From the NCBI GenBank assembly GCA_051294905.1, contig CM119371.1, positions 34,722,001 through 34,786,000 of the forward strand: 64,000 nucleotides of DNA, given 5' to 3'. The position numbers and the translations under genes are program-made. The notes beneath the pieces were generated by a model, which ran no database searches, had not been told where the DNA came from, and worked only from the letters and a program-made list of their open reading frames with translations. Source of the stretch: Botryllus schlosseri (taxonomy: Eukaryota). Numbering within the stretch: position 1 is the stretch's first letter; every line of letters starts with the position of its first letter. Shown piece after piece: positions 15,296-26,691 of this stretch.

Positions 15296-17803
15296 CTACT
15301 CTGCCAGCTCATGGATTACGGAATGCATCGAGAGATCAAACATCCTATCTCCTGTCCCAATGCCCCCGTGTTTATTCCCTTTTTTGTTCGTTTTAATCGG
15401 TTGCGAGGAACGACGTATAATTTTAGCTTGGGGCAACCGCAAAAGCTGCCCCATGACTCCCGAGTCTGTGAATTCCTGCCTCTGAGACGGATCGCCGGCC
15501 CAGCACGCCATTAATATGTCTTTCACTTCTTTCGAGCCTTGAAAATGAGAAAGGCTCTGCTTACGGCCGTTACCGACTTGCCAGATTATAGACTCTGACG
15601 AGTAGCCTTGAAAAGGCCAAGCGCTAGTCAGCAGTTCGTACCACACGGTACCGAAAGCGTACATATCCGATTCTTTAGTGTACGGCAGTGAAGGCGGCGT
15701 GAATGATTTCGTGTTCGGAACGTGTAGCGCGCGTATAATCTCAGGCGCCATGTAACACAACCAACCGTCTGGAATCTGCAAAGTGCCTGCCTTCATTACG
15801 ATACTTTTGGAAGATATCTGATGCAGTCCCAGTATCCCGAAGTCCGTGATAGTCACGCGGTTACCGTTGATGAAAACGTTCTTCGATTTCAAATCCTTGT
15901 GCACGATGCCGCGCGAGTGCAGATACCCCATTCCTTGCGCGATATGTTGCGCTATAATTTTAGCATTGTTCAGATTCACGTGGTCCTTGCTAGCTCGGAT
16001 GTACTGGTACAAAGACTTTCCCCGGCAGTAGCTCGTGACTATAGCTAGTTTCGGCAGATTGATACTGGAACCCATAAAGAGTTCTATGTTGTCGTGACGT
16101 GTTTTTTTATATAAAGTCACTTCTTCTTTAAACGCTCGTAACTTTTGTTCGTCGTTATGGTACACATCGATCACGCGTATCGCTACTTCTCCATGCCACT
16201 TTCCTTTGTAGACAGTCCCAACGCGTCCTTGACCGATGGGGTCTTGAAAAACAAGCTCCTCCCAAGGCACGTCCCACTCTTCATGCACCCCGCTCATGGT
16301 GCTGGACTGTCGCATTAAACCTTTCCTCATCTTTATATTTTCAGCCTCTTCGTTATCTTCCGACTCGTCAGGCGTAACGCGGGTGTCGCCTTCGCTTGAC
16401 ACGCTAGTCCGCGGGTCTACAAGAACAGTGCTGTTGGTAAGGTCTTCCCTGCTACCGCGGTAGGACTGTAGCAGTAAATTATCACCCTCAAGCGTGGATT
16501 CTGTGTTAATTCGCGACAGATTTTTAGCGATATGTGCAGAGCTGATGTTTAAGTCAGTATCATCTCGATCGAAAGCAGTAATCAAAGTGTTAGCGTCTGG
16601 ACACGTGTCGGACCTGTGTTTATGTTGAATTTTGTCTGCCATATCGTCTACGTGTTCCTCACTTTTATGCCTTTTCAATCCCATTTTGTCTTTTATCTTA
16701 TCTTTGAAAGCCCGGAAACGGTTATACCGCGGCTTCGACTGTTGGGGTTGGTGTTCTTGACCCGGGTATATGGGAAACTGTGGTACGATCGGGGTTAACG
16801 GTGTCCTGGGTGACATCGGTGACCCACTGGAACTATTATGACTCGACGTGGTCTGTGACGGTTTTCGAATCCCTGTCGCCGAATTAGGCCTGAGCATATC
16901 CACAAAGTCAGGCAACATAGTGTCGCGTATCTCGATACTACCGGGACGCTTTTTCGTCTTTTTAGTCGGTATCTTCTCGACTGACGAATTCAAGTGCGCC
17001 GAAGAGCTGGAGTTTGTAGGCGGTCTTGTTTTGTGCAGGACCGGCCCGCTGCTCTGTCGGACGTGCGATTTCGCGGGACGCGTGCTTATAAACACATCGT
17101 TTGATGTGTTAGCATGCGGTAAAGTGCGGTGTCCGTCGAGTGGAAACACATCCGCTTGCGTCGAGTGTAATTCTTCCGTGGTGTTGAATCGGGGTAAGCT
17201 TTTTTGACTCGTGCCTTGACTCGAAGACGGATAATTCTCGGATTGATCGCGTATATCCGTTTTCGAATTCATTTGAAGATTTTCGTTATGGTCCACACCG
17301 GACGCATTGCTGTCCGACTCGCACCCGTTTTCATTTGTACTGGTACCTTTCTTCCAAGAATCCCAATACCCCGTGCTTTTTTTAGTCTTGTTGAAATTTC
17401 TCAACAAAGACAAAGCCGCACATACCTTACGCACGTCTTCCTTGTCGTTGGGCAGGCCGTCCAGAAATTTTGATATCTCATTATCCGAGAGAGACATCAG
17501 GGCCTCCAACGAGATCAATTTTGCCGTGATTTTTTGCTTCGCGCCTTCCGACACGCCGACTATAACCAGCCATTTCGATAACGAGGGATATGATTGGTAT
17601 AATGATTGGTTCTTTACGTCGGGATCTCGCGATTTCACCATTAATTGCTCCCAAAATTGTTTCAGCAATTTCCCTTCCAAGGATCGGATTTCGTCTTTGA
17701 TGAATTCCTGTAATCGCAGAGCGCGCAGGGCTACTAGCCTTTCCGACATGATGTCGATCATACTCTGTATGTCGGCCAGCGTTTCAAGCGTTTGGTCGGC
17801 CAT
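15296..17803 (-). CDS. KSR: Kinase suppressor of Ras (KSR1/2-like) pseudokinase scaffold, single coding exon, 835 aa from the first ATG
   Basis: N-terminal CC-SAM-like region (DIQSMIDIMSERLVALR...EIRSLEGKLLK...YPSLSKWL); kinase domain EEWDVP, GQGRVGTVYKGKWHGEVAIR (Arg for the catalytic Lys), KTRHDNIELFMG, HKDLKSKN, DFG, GWLCYMAPE; C-terminal RRSSQP. Splice acceptor tttctttgttacag at 17927, upstream of the ATG. Confidence 0.93.
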   Translation of the reverse strand: MADQTLETLADIQSMIDIMSERLVALRALRLQEFIKDEIRSLEGKLLKQFWEQLMVKSRDPDVKNQSLYQSYPSLSKWLVIVGVSEGAKQKITAKLISLEALMSLSDNEISKFLDGLPNDKEDVRKVCAALSLLRNFNKTKKSTGYWDSWKKGTSTNENGCESDSNASGVDHNENLQMNSKTDIRDQSENYPSSSQGTSQKSLPRFNTTEELHSTQADVFPLDGHRTLPHANTSNDVFISTRPAKSHVRQSSGPVLHKTRPPTNSSSSAHLNSSVEKIPTKKTKKRPGSIEIRDTMLPDFVDMLRPNSATGIRKPSQTTSSHNSSSGSPMSPRTPLTPIVPQFPIYPGQEHQPQQSKPRYNRFRAFKDKIKDKMGLKRHKSEEHVDDMADKIQHKHRSDTCPDANTLITAFDRDDTDLNISSAHIAKNLSRINTESTLEGDNLLLQSYRGSREDLTNSTVLVDPRTSVSSEGDTRVTPDESEDNEEAENIKMRKGLMRQSSTMSGVHEEWDVPWEELVFQDPIGQGRVGTVYKGKWHGEVAIRVIDVYHNDEQKLRAFKEEVTLYKKTRHDNIELFMGSSINLPKLAIVTSYCRGKSLYQYIRASKDHVNLNNAKIIAQHIAQGMGYLHSRGIVHKDLKSKNVFINGNRVTITDFGILGLHQISSKSIVMKAGTLQIPDGWLCYMAPEIIRALHVPNTKSFTPPSLPYTKESDMYAFGTVWYELLTSAWPFQGYSSESIIWQVGNGRKQSLSHFQGSKEVKDILMACWAGDPSQRQEFTDSGVMGQLLRLPQAKIIRRSSQPIKTNKKGNKHGGIGTGDRMFDLSMHSVIHELAE

Positions 17804-19919
17804 TTTGGGTCTCCAGTCATTACGGTAACTTGACAAGGTAAAGTCTACCCGGGTGTCTTGATAATCCAAGCATTCGAATCGAAATCGGGTGATAAACTAA
17901 GTCAGGCTACTGGCTATACCAAATATCTGTAACAAAGAAAGTATGTTTGTTTCTGTACGCAATTATGGTCAAAGTTGGTTAGTTGCAAACCCTTCACTAG
18001 AGGACACATAAAATCACTAAACTGATGAACTTGTGAAATATTGCTCAATGATGCGATAAATACAATCATAGAAGGCTATTATGTGCCTTCAATATTAACG
18101 GACTAACGGTTGCAAAACCGCAATATAATACTAATTACCGGTGATATATTCATATCGAAATGAGCTAGTCACTACCAGCCACCACTGCTCAACCGAAACT
18201 ATTCAGGACTATTTCAATATGAATATAGTATTAAACTGTATATGCCTATTGTCTGATCTGATTATATTAATAAGTAATAATAATATTTCGCACAAACTTT
18301 TCAATTCAATTAAAACCGATTGTTCTGTACACGAGCTGCAGTTGACTTGATGGTTTCGCAACGTTTCACCAAGCCATGTTATCATTTCTCTTTTCATCAA
18401 TCCTAGGATTTATTATAATAACAAAATCACCACAACATTAAAATACAAGTTGCCCCTAGATTTTATCGTATCAATTCCGCCATAACATTAAAGATGCACT
18501 AGAGGTGAAATTATTTCTATACTTAACTAAAACCATAATATCCTTTCCTATAAATATATTACATTAGCGCCCTGTAATCAAATGCAATTATATCCATATA
18601 TTAGCCTCAACCATAACATCCTTTCCTATAAATACATTAGGTAAGCGGTAAGCACCCTGTAATCAAATGCGATCAAAGTACTCTAACTGGTTCACACAGG
18701 TTCACAATATTTAACCGTCAGTCGATAGAAGTTCTCCACGAAAATCTGCCTGCAATGCATAATATAGCGTAGATATCATTCCGCGATTATTGAATAGAGT
18801 AAATACTTTGGGTAAAATTAACTCAAATGTGTCATAGATATTGTTGATACAAAAAATATTGACAGCTTGTGAGGGACTAGAATAGGGCATATATTATACT
18901 ATTAGTTGGAATAGCACAGTGGGTGACATATCATGCAGTCATTGTGGTGTTCTAGTTGATAAGTTCAGTGCAAACCACAGCATAAGTGTGTGCTTTCGTA
19001 TGATCCAATTACAGTGGTAACGTAACTCATTACATATAGGCTGTAGCATGACATGTTCATGTTCATGCAGAGTACATTCCATCACGATTATCAGGTCTTA
19101 TCTCCTGACCACAAAAGAATGCACAGTTGCCGAACTGTGATCATTCAGTGCGCAATTTTTTGTTAAAATTAGCTGCTCTCTTCTGTCTACATAAGATCAC
19201 TGGTGCGATTCGGCAAGTTTGGAGCAGTTCTACAGAGCCTTCGCACAAAACTTCATGATAGCAGTGAGCTGGTTAGCATTAGGCTATTGTCAATGACTTT
19301 TTGCAACTGAACCAGGTGAAAAATATGACTATTAGACAGAACCTGCTGACGAAAAAGACTCCCACCACTGCCTAGTGCCTATAATGCATTTATCCCAATT
19401 CGCCAGTAAGTCAAATTAACCAGGTTTGCGTCTTTGTCAATCTTCTGCAATTAATGGCACACTGCACAGGAATAAGTATTTTTGATTTTGATACATGATA
19501 ATTTTGCTTTGTTTTTTCTTTTTCTAAAAATTCCACTGATCTGTTCAAGCGGCAGTGCGGAATCTGTGTGGTGCAAGGTGCAAACACACAGTAATCATCT
19601 AAAATTTCATGCAGTCATGCAGCTGATAGCCGGATTAAAAAACATTCACTTGGCCACCACCAATTTTATATAGGGAATATACATCTTTACTAATATTTAT
19701 TTTACATTGATTTCAAATTATCTCCGCTTACTGTAAATGCTATATTATCGTTGGCCTTTCTTCAGTTTTCCAATGAAATTGCGATACGCAAGGCCTCCCG
19801 AAGTTGCACTCTTATGACGCGAGGTGTCACTCGATACGGTTCTAACCATACTGCAAAATCGGACGATTTGTCACACACAGTAAAGGTGCCTTGATTCCAC
19901 CCTGGGCCTATGGAATCTA

Positions 19920-20680
19920 CCGTAATTTACCATGTATAAGGCACAAAATTTCGCAAATTTTATGTCCTAAAATCGGGGGGGGGGTCCACTGCGCATTATG
20001 CATGGGTGCAAGGTGCAAGCTTTGAAAAAATCTCCCTCGAAATAAAACACCACACCTTTCTTCATGTTTTGTTTGCAATCGCGCATCGCATTCGGCCATC
20101 GTGCCCAGTAATTCGTATTATCAATTAGCGAGAAGCGTGTTGCCAATTAGTGAGAGTCGTCTGCGCTGCACAGTGCACAACAGCACGCGATCTTCTGCTG
20201 AGTTGATTTTTCGTTTGTACGCAAGCAAAATCAGGTCAATCCTAGCTAATTTCTCGCGTTAACGACAGGCCTGAACGACCGTATATGCATCAGGCCATAT
20301 GCACAGATATAATCGCATCTCCAACAGTCCTGGTGCGCACGATCTAATCGTTGGCCTGAGCAATCGCATCTGCAATAGGCCTCGTGCGCAAGATAACCTA
20401 GGTGGCCTGAACTACCGCGTCGAGGGGCCTTGCAGGCTTTGGCTGCAACCTACAACCGTTTAAGACCAGACACGATGCTTTCAAGTGCATAATGATAAGC
20501 AACCGTTATGTCATGATTGTTCAACAGTGACATCGCAAAACAGAATGGCATCGAATACTGAAGCATGACCATCGCTGGTAACTTATCATATGCGCATGAT
20601 ATCGCGTGATACGCGCACATACATGCCATGTTGAGGGTGTGTATTACACATGGGGGTGTATTATACATGGAAAATTACGG
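19920..20680. mobile_element. Tc2/pogo-type MITE
   Basis: TIR CCGTAATTTACCATGTATAA / TTATACATGGAAAATTACGG (19/20), TA on both flanks. Confidence 0.85.
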
Positions 20681-21689
20681 TAGGTCTGCATTAAAAGCTA
20701 TATCAACTGACTACATGCGATAAATAATTTAACATACATAGCATGATAGCCAACATTGACAGAAGTTCACAGTGATGAGTCCTCACCTATACGAGTAATC
20801 CAATTCTACTAATCTAAATCGGAAAAAAGCGAGTAGCTATAATTCTAATTCCAACCAATTTGGTAAAGCTGATAAGTTTCTATAGCTGTCCAAATCTGCA
20901 CGACGAATATTCAGGATAAATTGTTGATGTATGGCAACACCAACACTCAAGATATGACATGAGATATGGGCCTATGCAAACCAATACAATACCACCACAT
21001 TCACTGCAGACTACATGATATAAATCGTGGAAATGTAGAAGCAACTTCAATTTCATTATTACTATACCATAAGTATTATAGTATTGTGAGTGCAATGCAT
21101 GCATAATATTCATATGCCACGAATGTATTCGTTAGTGCCACTCACAGCTTGTGTCCACTTGGCCTATGTGATGTATTTAACTCAAGTAACCATATGATGT
21201 GACAGTGGGCAGCGTATAGTGAAAAAAAACTTGGGTATTAACGCACATAAAAATATCTCCCCCTTTGATACGCCCCTGTGCAGTGTGCATAAGTAGGTTA
21301 CAACACACATATATGTGTTCGCTTTGCGTTGCGTAGGCCTATTCGGTATATGTAAATGTGTATGAGTTACAAGCGCATCGGTTTTCAACTATGACGGACC
21401 ATGATTGTGGAACATAATTCTGCAAGCAATCAGACAGTCATGAAGTTCACCCCATTCCAGTTCCAGTCATAATACAAGATTCAACTTCAATAAATATTAG
21501 TGTGCACCCGAGAGTTGAGATTATTTCCTGATCATGGTCTGGGATCTGAGATGTTATTGCGCCCTATAGACCTACCGATTTAAACGCTAGGGTGCTCTTT
21601 TTTTCCTTTTATATGTTATTTCTCATTTTTAATCCAGTGTACCACACATACTGTACATATATGCCTCTGTTTACATGTTCTAGACCAGT

Positions 21690-22140
21690 AGAGAGAGAGA
21701 GAGAGAGAGAGAGTCTTTATTTTCATCGAACCAAAATACATAACAAACGGCAGTGATGGTGGTACAGAAAATATGCGTGCACAGCAGTATTCGGTATTAG
21801 ATAGGAATGATCGATAAGACCGTGAAGGTCATCTAGTCTGATCACACCAGCATCAAACAGGTACACTTGACTCTGAACAGTCTGGCTGTAAAGAAATGTT
21901 TAGTTAAAGGAAAATAGAAAAAAAAATTAAACAATGGTGGCAAATGATCAATGAAGCAATGTCTTGGCGAGGTAGGGCAACAGTGTTAGTGTAACGACAA
22001 GAGGTGATCAAGTAGGGCTTTTTTGAATCTATTATAAGGCAATTCACGGATATGTGGTGGTAATGCATTCCAGATGATAGGTCCCGAGTAGTTGATAGAT
22101 CTCTTAGTTAGGTTGCTATTGGGTGGGGGTAAGTAGATGC
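21690..22140 (-). mobile_element. 5'-truncated LINE (CR1/L2-group) 3' end with a (CT)n tail
   Basis: Minus-strand peptide YLPPPNSNLTKRSINYSGPIIWNALPPHIRELPYNRFKKALL* fits the ORF2 C-terminus (GPxxWNxLP...FK); followed by a 3' UTR, AATAAA and the (GA)n run at 21690-21713. Confidence 0.75.
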
Positions 22141-23543
22141 AAGTAGCCTATATTCTCAAACTTTTTGGGATTGGGGACCTTCAAATATCAGAAATGAACC
22201 AAAAATGTATAATTATTAGGACAACTAAACTCAAAAACAAAAATGGGAAAGTCTCAGTAGGTGTAATACGTTAATTAACGTTATAGGTTTCTGTTTCTTC
22301 ATCATGGCAAAGAAAGACTTGTTAAAAACCAACTCGACCTTTATATTTCAGTTTCTTTTGTAATAACTGCGATTTTGCTGTTTTACTTGCTATAGCCTCC
22401 CTGACAAATGTCGCTTACCGAGATATTGTAAACTCGAAATTCAACTAGTGTTTTCAAACTATTCTCACTCCCCTCAAGACTTTATGAAGTTGTAGGTTAC
22501 TTCCAAACAGTTTGGTCGTTTCGACTCCTGTCTATACTTTCATTTTTCGCGGATTTGAAATGATAAAATTATTACTGAGCTGAACTGAAACTACTATACG
22601 ACATCACTTTCGAGTAAGTCTCGAAGTGTCTGCTTGTAATCTGTCTCGGCATCGGCATTTGCTCCACACTTCAAAGAAATCTGGGTGTTTACGAATACAA
22701 AATATCTAAACGGAAATAATAATACTTCCGTAGGACTAGAAATATACTCTGTGATCACATGCATCCTTTTGATTTCCGTAGCAGTCTGGAGTTAAATCAT
22801 GTGCTTGTGGGGATAATTCAGTAAAATATAATATTAGCTTTCTCTTTTTGTCTCATGTATCTGTGCATTTTTACATTATTTGTAGGTGCAGGGTAGCGTT
22901 GTTAAAAAAACTTTTTTTTGTCAAATTTCATAGGCTTAGCAGGCCAATCGGGCCCTGAGGATATAAAGCTGTATCAGCTGTATCACGCTGTGGATATAAA
23001 GCTGTATCAGCTGTATCACCCTGTGGATATAAAGCTGTATCAGATGTATAAGCTGTATCACCCAGTGGATATAAATCTGTATCAGCTGTATCACTCTACC
23101 TGTATGGAATTGGTGTCTTGTGTTCAAACAATTCTTGATTTTGTTTATAATAATGTTTTAATTACTTTAACTTTGAGAATCATCGCTGCTCCCATATTTT
23201 ATAAGACAAACCTTACCGAGATTCACCCAGGTATCACTCTACAACAAGTAGGCTACACGTCTATGCTATGTCTGGGATGCGCGAAATAGTCTAGTAGACT
23301 ATCACTCTCAAGTATCAACCATGTCACTCAGGTATGAGCTGTCTCACTCCATTATCAGCTTTATCATCCAGATTTCTCTCTGCATAAAAAGTATCACGCC
23401 AAGACTACGTCTGGGATGCAAAATAGTCAGGTGTCGGAACACAAGGGTATCGTCCCCTACAGTGATTATGCAAACGCAATGTCAGACGTAAACTAGAACA
23501 TCATCATCATTGGTTTATTAGCATTATCAGGACGCATTATAGC

Positions 23544-23984
23544 CAGGGCCGTAACAGCACTTCGTCAGCCCCCCCCCCCCCCCAAAAAAAAACGTTGGTC
23601 TTGGGCCCCCTATACGGTGATAAACCGACCCCCGCAGGCTATACGCTGTTTATCGCTACATCATCTACATTGGGTCTCCATTTAGTGAGCTAGCTCTTCT
23701 CGCCTAAACGCGCGAAGCAAGAGAAATTTATATATTTCATGATTGAGTCGGTCAATATATGATCGGAAATTGCATATATATTGCTATCAATTTATTATCC
23801 TCTCTAGGCCTACTCTCGTAATCAGATTTACCGGTAGAGCTGAGTAAGGCGTCTTTAAAACTGGGTTTTTTGAAATTTTCAAAAAATACTCTATATGCTA
23901 ATTCACGAAATAATTTTGGGCCCCCTTCGAGATCGCTCCCCCCCCCCAAATTGGGAGGTTTAGGGTGCGACAGTTACTGCCCTA
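23544..23984. mobile_element. hAT MITE nested in the foldback-like element
   Basis: Ends CAGGGCCGTAAC / GTTACTGCCCTA; perfect TSD attatagc. Confidence 0.85.
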
Positions 23985-24026
23985 ATTATAGCAAGGCAAC
24001 AAGATGATTTGTGCGATGATGAAGTA

Positions 24027-24987
24027 GGGGAGATGTGGTACCGATGGATCAAAAATTGCAAAATGATCTCTGGCCCTCAAATCTTCAGCCGAGCATAGCA
24101 GATCTTTTGCTGTCTCAATACTTCGATACAAGCTCAACCTATCGCGGACATTTACATGAATATCCGCCTTTTCAAAAATATTTATAAATGTTTAAAATTT
24201 GTCGCTCAAACGTGTTATCGGTCCCCACCCGGTGGGTCCAAAGGCACACGACCATGGAACCTATGAGACATACGCTCAAAAACTTAAATTTGTTAACTTG
24301 TTTTGTTGTGTACTATGAGCTAAGCTAAAGCAAGCCAATGAAGAATGCTTCGTCGCGACCGTCAAGAATAAAATTGATTATATCAACTCAAATGTTGGCT
24401 TAAAATCATGTTTAGATTTACGCCTAAACTTACAAAATTAATGCCACATACATATTACCCGCAAATCGACATTTTGACTTTCAAATACCTCGTAATAGCG
24501 ATAAAACACCACAAGTAACTATGATTTACAGCCTATATATATGTAGGGGAGTTTCTGCTGCTAAGTGATTAGTTGGTCCATCTATTTTGCTTGATTTGGC
24601 TATGGTATCATAGGTCCCCCACCCCATAAATATTGTAATTGACTTGAAAATAGTCCACTCGAGGATGGTATTGATTCTAAAAATATGTGCCATTATATAC
24701 CCTGATACAAGCCCTATACTTCACATCAAAAATGATGGCGGGTTTGTTAGTCTGAAAGGTGATATAGAAAAATGCAAAGGTCGATCCAAATTTACTTTAC
24801 ACCCCCTAAAACGTAAATCATTCGTCACAGACCCCTTAACTCACGCAGGTCGATTTTTTTTGCATGTGAGGAAAAATTCTGTCAGCATGTAATTGTATAC
24901 AAATTCCTGGAGTGTAATCATGTAATTATCACGGAGAATTTTGCAAGTATTTTCGGTCCCAGTGATCCATCGGTACCACATCTCCCC
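24027..24987. mobile_element. 961-bp Tc1/mariner-pogo-type MITE, copy 2
   Basis: Perfect TIR GGGGAGATGTGGTACCGATGGATC; TA TSD on both sides. Confidence 0.92.
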
Positions 24988-26691
24988 TATAGACCATTAA
25001 GATTCACTTACTCAACAATGATCACTCATATAACACCTGGCCACCTGGCCATCATGTTCGAACGGATATCACATAGTATCATATCTAGACAGCTTTCAAA
25101 CCTGCATTTGAATTTGATAATCCCAACTACTCCTGTGTGTTTGTGTACCCACATCTGCCTCTATAGACCCAGATACTTACGATACTGTTTTTTCTCATAA
25201 AAGAAATAAGTTTCATGAACGAAAATAACGCAATGATATGTATACAATTTTGCAATGTATATATATGATTGAATAACGTAACCCCGGAACGAAATTAATT
25301 GCAATCAATATTGTACATCCACATACATTATAGGAGGACAACCCTACGATAAGAGAGCTAAGTATCTAAATTAAACAATACAGTGTCAGTAGTAATTGCG
25401 TTCATAATAAAAGATGTTGCGGGCCGTAAAATAAACGTCTGTGGTCAACTAGTCTTGTCACAGCCATCAAACAGTCACACTTGTCTCTACACATACACAG
25501 CAGTCTGCAGAGAGATACCGGGATGATAGGCTATAGCTGATATATGAGGGATACGGCTGATACAGCTGCGATACAGCTGATACAGCTGATATAGCTGTGA
25601 TACTGCTGTGCTACAGCTGACACAGCTGATACAGCTGATGCAGCTCTATATCTACAGGGTGATACAGCTGATACAGCTTTATATACACAGAGTGATACAG
25701 CTGATACAGCTTTATATCCTCAGGGTGATACAGCTGACACAGCTGATACAGCTTTATATCCTCAGGGTGATACAGCTGATACAGCTGATACAGCTTATAT
25801 CCACAGGGGCGTCAAATCGTCAGGTTACCTGAAAAAACGTTGCACACTAAATTTGACTCAATTCCATCCAGTAGATGCCGAGGTCAGTCAAATTGAAATT
25901 TCGGTCATTTTTGGAATAATAGCATTTACGGTGACCAATTTCGTCACACCGACATGACCAAAAATCTTGTTCCAGGACCCAGGTATGCCTGAAGGGGCAA
26001 GGATATGTCTTTTTCACTTCTTTTGATCCTGACAAGGGCCTATTGTGGAGTTTGGATGAAGACATTGCCAGTAAACGAAAGAAAGATAGGACACGAACTA
26101 TAGCTGGAAATTAGTCCACTTCATTGAAATATAGCCATGTTGAAAGGATGGCGAGATAAGTTTCAGTTACAAACTGAAATTAACGACCATGAAAAGGAAA
26201 TGAACTGACAAAAAGTACGTCAAATACGGGTAAATATCTCTCTCAAGCGATAGTCGATAACTATATTCTTTGTCGGTCCAATGTAGATTTCTTCATGATG
26301 CAAATTGATATTATATGATATTCTATCTTCTGCTCTGCAGCACTCCTATAATAGCCTATACCCTCACAGGCGAATTATAAGGCTAATGGGCATCGTGACA
26401 TATCTTTCTTCCTATCAAAAGTTATCGTCCTCTCTTCATGTCCTCCTCCATATTCGGTTAATACCATCTAATAGTATCCATATGTCGTGGTAAAACACCA
26501 ATGCTTTTTATTACTCTGTGACAAGAAGGGTGTTCAGGCAATGACTAATGAGCTTTATAAGCTTAGTGGGTTGCCATTCGGTTTCCCTGAAGCTCGCAAA
26601 GTTTCGAGCACATAAAAATCTCCAGTATCAACGCTTATGTGAAGTACCAGAAAGGTTTTTCATCTCATGAATACTATTCATTGGCATAGCC

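Larger units (their letters stand above)
22950..25810. mobile_element. Foldback-like element with modular tandem-repeat inverted arms
   Basis: Left arm (~22950-23100) is built of GCTGTATCA and GGATATAAA modules; right arm (~25530-25810) is the reverse complement (TGATACAGC). It interrupts a copy of the 7349-8055 repeat, with a degenerate duplication ggccaatc / gtcaaatc. Confidence 0.65.

Noticed and set aside
15821..17828. Plus-strand ORFs of up to 173 aa overlapping KSR (likewise those opposite the transposase and the 314-aa ORF)
   Set aside because: Antisense shadows of real coding sequence with no recognisable motifs.
17804..17869. TTG-initiated N-terminal extension of KSR (and 55660-55740 for the transposase)
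   Set aside because: Eukaryotic initiation uses ATG; similarity begins at MADQ and MVRTY, and the transposase extension crosses a splice acceptor.
22955..23100. Regularly spaced repeats (here and at 25530-25810) as a CRISPR array or low-complexity protein (ORFs 22918+, 22936-, 25608+)
   Set aside because: No unique spacers, eukaryotic context and no cas genes; the ORFs are by-products of 9-bp periodic repeats in transposon arms.
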